From NCBI GenBank assembly GCA_023150835.1, contig JAKLKB010000022.1:1-64000 (forward strand): a DNA stretch of 64,000 nucleotides. Reading direction: 5' to 3'. Source of the DNA: Myxococcota bacterium. GTDB lineage: Bacteria; Myxococcota_C; UBA6777. The notes beneath the pieces are model-generated. The model was not told the origin of the DNA. It made no database searches and worked only from the letters and a program-made list of their open reading frames with translations. Position numbers and translations under genes: made by a program. Below, piece after piece: positions 59,414 through 64,000 of this stretch (position 1 is its first letter; each line of letters starts with the position of its first letter).

Positions 59414-61540
59414 ATGATCCGTCGGAATATGCCTGCGTCTCTTTTTCTTCGTGGTGTCTGGGCCTCGCATCTTCGGCTATTTTTGGCTTGGCTTGGGATG
59501 GCCGCAATCCCGCTTGCTTGTGGAGGGGTTGTGTTTGCTCCTTGCGCAGACGACAAAGCCTGTGCCCAAGGCCAACGCTGTCTCAACGGAACGTGCCTTT
59601 GTCCCGAGGGCAACGCTCTTTGTAGTGATGCTTGCCAGAATCTACTCCAAAACAACCAACACTGCGGCGTTTGTAACAACGCCTGTCCAAGCGGAAAAAG
59701 CTGCGTCCAAGGGGGCTGTATGTGTCCCGCAGGCTCGGTGGATTGCAACGGGGCCTGTGCCAACTTGAACGCGGACGTCAACCATTGCGGGCGTTGCGGG
59801 CAGATCTGCTCTGGCGGTGAAAAGTGCGCAAGTGGCCGTTGTGTGACGGATTGTCCAAGCACGACATCTACCGATTGCGGCGGAGCTTGCATCGATCTTC
59901 AAAGCAGCGCCAAGCATTGCGGAGCTTGCAACAAAGCCTGTGCGGACGGGCAGATCTGCGTCAACGGCGTGTGTCGGTGTCCTCCCGGGGATCTGTCTTG
60001 TGGTTCTGCTTGTGCCGATGCAACGGTCTCGAACCAACATTGCGGGGTCTGCGACAATGCTTGTCCGAATGGTCAGCGTTGTGCAAGCGGGCAATGCGAT
60101 ACAAGCTGCCCTGAAAGTACCCCCTCTCTGTGCCTTGGTGCGTGCGTGGACACGCGCTTCAACGATCTGCATTGTGGCCGTTGTGCGGAGCGTTGCGAAG
60201 AAGGGCGGCGCTGTGTCGATGGAGTGTGTCGCTGCCCCGATGGGATGCGCGAGTGTGCGGGCCGTTGCGTGGATCTGAATACAGATCGCGAACATTGCGG
60301 AGAATGTGGGCAGATCTGCGCCCAAGGTTTGCTTTGTGCTGAAGGCAACTGCGTTGTAAGCTGTCCCGAAGCGACCCCCAACGCTTGTTTTGGCGGCTGT
60401 TTTGCGACGCAGACCAACCCCAATCATTGCGGTGGGTGCGGAACGCGCTGTTTGGATGGACAGGCTTGTAGCGGCGGAAGCTGCGGGTGTTCTGCGCCGC
60501 TTTCTCTATGCAACGATCAATGTGTCGATACGCAAACCAACGTACTTCATTGCGGAAAATGCGGCACACGTTGTCCTGATGGAAAGCGTTGTGCTGCCGG
60601 TCAGTGCGTCACCTCTTGCCCGACGGAAACGCCAAAGATCTGTTATGGCGGATGTATCGATATCCAGAGCCATCCGCTGCATTGCGGAGGCTGCGGAAAA
60701 CGCTGTCCTGCGGGACTCACCTGCAAGAGCGGGCGTTGTGATTGCCCAAGCGAGCGAACTCTTTGCAATGGACGCTGCGTCGATACCCAAACCAGCCGCC
60801 TTCATTGCGGCGCATGCGGTCGCCTCTGCCCAACGGGGTACACCTGCCAAAAGGGCGGATGCGTCATCCTTTGCTCTACTGCTTTCCCCAACCTGTGCGG
60901 AAAGCAGTGTGTCAACCTTCAAAGCGATCGCCGCCATTGCGGGACTTGTGACAAGGCTTGTGCTGACGACAAACGTTGCGAACAAGGAAGCTGCATCTGC
61001 CCCCTTGCACAAACTGAATGCAGCGGAAAATGCGTCGACACCCAGACCGATCTCCAACATTGCGGAGCTTGCGGCAAAAAATGCCCAAGCGGTGAGCGTT
61101 GCGTGGCGGGTGTTTGTCGGACAGATTGCCCTATAGGACAAACCCAATGCAGCGACCGTTGCGCAGATACCCAAACGGACGCCCAGCACTGTGGTCAATG
61201 TGCAAACGCTTGCGGCCCGACCTTGCGCTGTAGCGGAGGCCAATGTGTTTGTGCAGATCCAAGCTTTGTCGAATGTAGCGGCGTGTGCGTCAATACCAAA
61301 CTGGACCCCCAACATTGCGGTCAATGCAGCAAAAAATGCCCCACAGGACAGGCCTGCGACAACGGAACGTGCCAGCTTTGTCCCCAAGGCAGTCTCCAGT
61401 GCGGCACGACCTGTTGTCCCGGGAACTTCCTTTGCTGTGGCAATGCTTGCGTCGACCCGAAGATCAATCCCCAACATTGCGGTCAATGCAGCAAGGTTTG
61501 TTCTGCGGGACGCCCCTGTAGCAACGGTGTTTGTCAATGA
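59414..61540 (+). CDS. Cys-rich repeat lipoprotein made almost entirely of repeats
   Basis: Lipobox PLAC; about 17 HCG-x-C repeats; start uncertain. Confidence 0.82.
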   Translation: MIRRNMPASLFLRGVWASHLRLFLAWLGMAAIPLACGGVVFAPCADDKACAQGQRCLNGTCLCPEGNALCSDACQNLLQNNQHCGVCNNACPSGKSCVQGGCMCPAGSVDCNGACANLNADVNHCGRCGQICSGGEKCASGRCVTDCPSTTSTDCGGACIDLQSSAKHCGACNKACADGQICVNGVCRCPPGDLSCGSACADATVSNQHCGVCDNACPNGQRCASGQCDTSCPESTPSLCLGACVDTRFNDLHCGRCAERCEEGRRCVDGVCRCPDGMRECAGRCVDLNTDREHCGECGQICAQGLLCAEGNCVVSCPEATPNACFGGCFATQTNPNHCGGCGTRCLDGQACSGGSCGCSAPLSLCNDQCVDTQTNVLHCGKCGTRCPDGKRCAAGQCVTSCPTETPKICYGGCIDIQSHPLHCGGCGKRCPAGLTCKSGRCDCPSERTLCNGRCVDTQTSRLHCGACGRLCPTGYTCQKGGCVILCSTAFPNLCGKQCVNLQSDRRHCGTCDKACADDKRCEQGSCICPLAQTECSGKCVDTQTDLQHCGACGKKCPSGERCVAGVCRTDCPIGQTQCSDRCADTQTDAQHCGQCANACGPTLRCSGGQCVCADPSFVECSGVCVNTKLDPQHCGQCSKKCPTGQACDNGTCQLCPQGSLQCGTTCCPGNFLCCGNACVDPKINPQHCGQCSKVCSAGRPCSNGVCQ

Positions 61541-61606
61541 TATCGGATGGGTGCAGTTGGATGGTGTTTGTGGGGTGTCATACGATATCCGAGTGATGTG
61601 TATATA

Positions 61607-61651
61607 CGTAAACGCCCTATTCTTGGGCAGCCACGGGGGGCTGCCCCTACA
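61607..61651. repeat. GTAG-type REP element
   Basis: GTAAACGCCCTATTCTTGGGCAGCCACGGGGGGCTGCCCCTACA. Confidence 0.8.
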
Positions 61652-61684
61652 TTTTTAGGATCACGCGCCCTGCGGATTTCGCAT

Positions 61685-61795
61685 CACCCCACTCCCCACT
61701 TCCAAGGGCGCGGCTCCCTTGCCCCCGTGTTGGCGGACTGAGCGGCTACTTTTCAAACCAACGACTCTGCCGCTTGCAGCAGCACGAACACGTCT
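61685..61795 (+). repeat. Diverged copy of the ~120-bp dispersed element
   Basis: CACCCCAC..CAAGGGCGCGGCTCCCTTGCCCCCGTGTTGGCGG...TTCAAACCAACGAC...CGCTTG...CGAACACG. Confidence 0.75.
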
Positions 61796-61854
61796 TTGTT
61801 GGTTGCGTGAGTCCTGTGGGATAGGAATCTTGGGGGGAGCATACCGCGTGGATG

Positions 61855-62955
61855 CTATCTGCGGACGCGGACGACTTGGATAACTTGCGGAGGATCTTCT
61901 TGTTTTCGGCGTGCGGCGATCAGGAAAGATACCAGAAACATCCCCATGCCTGCCCCCATCACCCACGAAGAGATCGTCACAAATGGCCCAATCAACGGCT
62001 CGACAAGCATCTTGACGAAGGGCAAGGCCATCTCGGCCAGCTTTTGCGAGGCGCGATCCGAGACCAAGGGGAGCCCGCTTGTGAGGCGTGTCAGATCGAT
62101 CCCCGAAGCCGCTATCTGCGTCAAGCCTTCCTTGATACCGGACGATGCAGACCACACGATAGCTCCTGAAAGGGCGACGGTGAAGCCCATCGACATCAAA
62201 AATCCCCGCGTACCCGTCGATGTCACAAGCAGCGCCCCCAAACACAACAGACCAAAGGGGAAAAAAAAGAGCGACCACGAAAACTTCCGCACCATCACCA
62301 GATCGGTCGCAAGTTCTTGGCTGTGTTGTGGTGTGAGCAAGAGATATTTCTGGGTTTTTTTCGCGCTCTCGGCTTGCAATCGCGCCCAAATCAAGCGCAG
62401 AGCCTCTTCACTTGGCGAACACGCAGGGTAGGTGCCCTCCGAAGAGGACTTGGTCAAAGCAACGGTCCATCGGGCTTGTTGTTGGGTATCGCAAGGCGGC
62501 ATCTTGGCCATCACACCTCTGACGTATTGCTGCACCACAGGCCCCGTTAACGCCGCATAGTACGGCCCAAGACGGATAGTGATCGGCTTGTCTACGGTCT
62601 TCCCTTGCACGACCCCGCCTAGCCGCGAAAGCGCGACCAGCAACTCCCCTTCAAACCACGTTTTGAGACCACTTTTCTCAAAGACTTCGGACAACTTCAT
62701 CGGTGCTTGTTCGAGTGCCATCAGCCACTTTTGGGCTTCAGGATCTTTCGCCATATCGGGGGACTTGGAGATCACCCGCAACGCTTGATCGGCCAACGGC
62801 GGCAGGTCACGTACCACCTGTTTGGGGACGTTGCTTGTGTAGTCCCGCACCAAGGCGTCTTGCGAAAAAGCCACCACCATGATCGCGACGATCATCCCTG
62901 TCACTCCGAACGCCAACAGCACAAACCAACCCACCAGCTTTTTGATCACTCCCAT
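61855..62955 (-). CDS. Hypothetical membrane protein (N-terminal TM, soluble domain, ~3 C-terminal TMs)
   Basis: GAGGAG RBS before MGVIKK; hydrophobic segments at both ends. Confidence 0.7.
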   Translation of the reverse strand: MGVIKKLVGWFVLLAFGVTGMIVAIMVVAFSQDALVRDYTSNVPKQVVRDLPPLADQALRVISKSPDMAKDPEAQKWLMALEQAPMKLSEVFEKSGLKTWFEGELLVALSRLGGVVQGKTVDKPITIRLGPYYAALTGPVVQQYVRGVMAKMPPCDTQQQARWTVALTKSSSEGTYPACSPSEEALRLIWARLQAESAKKTQKYLLLTPQHSQELATDLVMVRKFSWSLFFFPFGLLCLGALLVTSTGTRGFLMSMGFTVALSGAIVWSASSGIKEGLTQIAASGIDLTRLTSGLPLVSDRASQKLAEMALPFVKMLVEPLIGPFVTISSWVMGAGMGMFLVSFLIAARRKQEDPPQVIQVVRVRR

Positions 62956-63286
62956 CGGCTTTTTTCTCCTCAGCAACATATTGACGATGCGCGCTGTACA
63001 TTGGGACATCCCCCTGCTCTCAGCAAGCCCGTCGGCTGTTTTTCTCTCAAACAGCTTTTTCTCAACACACAAGCGCCCACAACATCGCTGTTTTTGCGAA
63101 CAAGCCTTGACGAAACGACCCTTGTTGGCCAAGATCTGCGCCTGCCAACGCAGAGCCACAACGCTCAACACCAACACGCTGAGGCGAGGCAAGCCACGAC
63201 CACGACCACTTCTCGCTTCGCTTTGTGTGCAACGATCACGACGGCAGGTTGCACGCACTCACTTCTCACACAAAAGGCGCCAAACG

Positions 63287-64000
63287 ATGGGCAAGATCTT
63301 CGTGATCGGTGCAGGACGCTCCGCTTCTACTTTGATTCGTTATCTTCTCGAAAACGCCGAGGCTCAATCTTGGGAGATCCGCGTCGGTGATATCAACCTC
63401 GAACTCGCCAAACAAAAGATCGCCGGTCATCCGCGTGGACAAGCCGTCTTGTTTGACTCGCTCGACCGCGCCACCTACGGCGACCACATCACATGGTCCG
63501 ATCTGGTGATCTCGATGCTCCCGGCTTCGATGCACGTCCCGATCGCACGCGAGTGCATCGATCACGGAAAACACCTTCTGACCGCTTCGTACATCTCCGA
63601 TGAGATGCAAGAACTCCACGCCGAGGCACAAAAAGCCGGCGTACTCTTGCTCAACGAGATGGGACTCGACCCCGGCATCGATCACATGTCTGCGATGCGT
63701 ATGCTCGATAAACTCCGCGAACAAGGCGTTCCCATCGTTCGTTTCGAGTCCTTCGCAGGTGGACTCCTTGCCCCCCAAAGCGAAGCAAACAACCCGTGGC
63801 GCTACAAATTCACATGGAACCCCCGCAACGTCGTCCTCGCAGGGTCGGGTTCTGCCGTCAAGTTCGTCCAAGAAGACCGCTATAAATACATCCCTTACCA
63901 GCGGCTGTTTCGTCGCACAGAGATCATCGAGATCGAAGGATACGGCAAGTTTGAAGGGTACGCCAACCGCGACTCGCTCAAGTACATCGATGTGTATCGT
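63287..64000 (+). CDS. Saccharopine dehydrogenase family protein (runs off the window)
   Basis: Read manually: MGKIFVIGAGRSA Rossmann motif, ISMLP, LTASY, NEMGLDPGIDHM, YKFTWNP and YANRDS. Confidence 0.9.
   Translation, partial: MGKIFVIGAGRSASTLIRYLLENAEAQSWEIRVGDINLELAKQKIAGHPRGQAVLFDSLDRATYGDHITWSDLVISMLPASMHVPIARECIDHGKHLLTASYISDEMQELHAEAQKAGVLLLNEMGLDPGIDHMSAMRMLDKLREQGVPIVRFESFAGGLLAPQSEANNPWRYKFTWNPRNVVLAGSGSAVKFVQEDRYKYIPYQRLFRRTEIIEIEGYGKFEGYANRDSLKYIDVYR

Overview
A 64 kb chromosomal window of moderately GC-rich DNA whose gene content points to Myxococcota (inference from the Ser/Thr kinase + TPR/PEGA pair, several giant Cys-rich lipoproteins and Ccr). Housekeeping genes: manA, ccrA (fused to a CBS pair), an ABC1/AarF kinase, carAB, creBC, a GH1 glycosidase, agmatinase, pabB-pabA-pabC, rubredoxin, a long GlmS-like protein, queD and a truncated saccharopine dehydrogenase. 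Envelope or secreted proteins: an M15 peptidase, a ~1550 aa PBP-type transpeptidase, Cys-rich WD40, RCC1 and beta-propeller lipoproteins, and a collagen-like fibre. No rRNA, tRNA, CRISPR array or intact transposase was seen. The intergenic DNA is heavily structured. (1) An orphan helical protein gene (3092->2193) is followed directly by a ~300-470 bp imperfect palindrome whose two arms carry in-phase 21-nt periodic motifs. (2) A ~120 bp double-hairpin repeat occurs about 8 times, and its terminus is sometimes amplified into G-rich tandem arrays. (3) There are GTAG-type REP elements, a TA-flanked MITE carrying a REP, an IscB C-terminal remnant and several gene-junction duplications. The gene+palindrome unit and the 120-bp family are the best candidates for something undescribed; both need database tests that I could not run.
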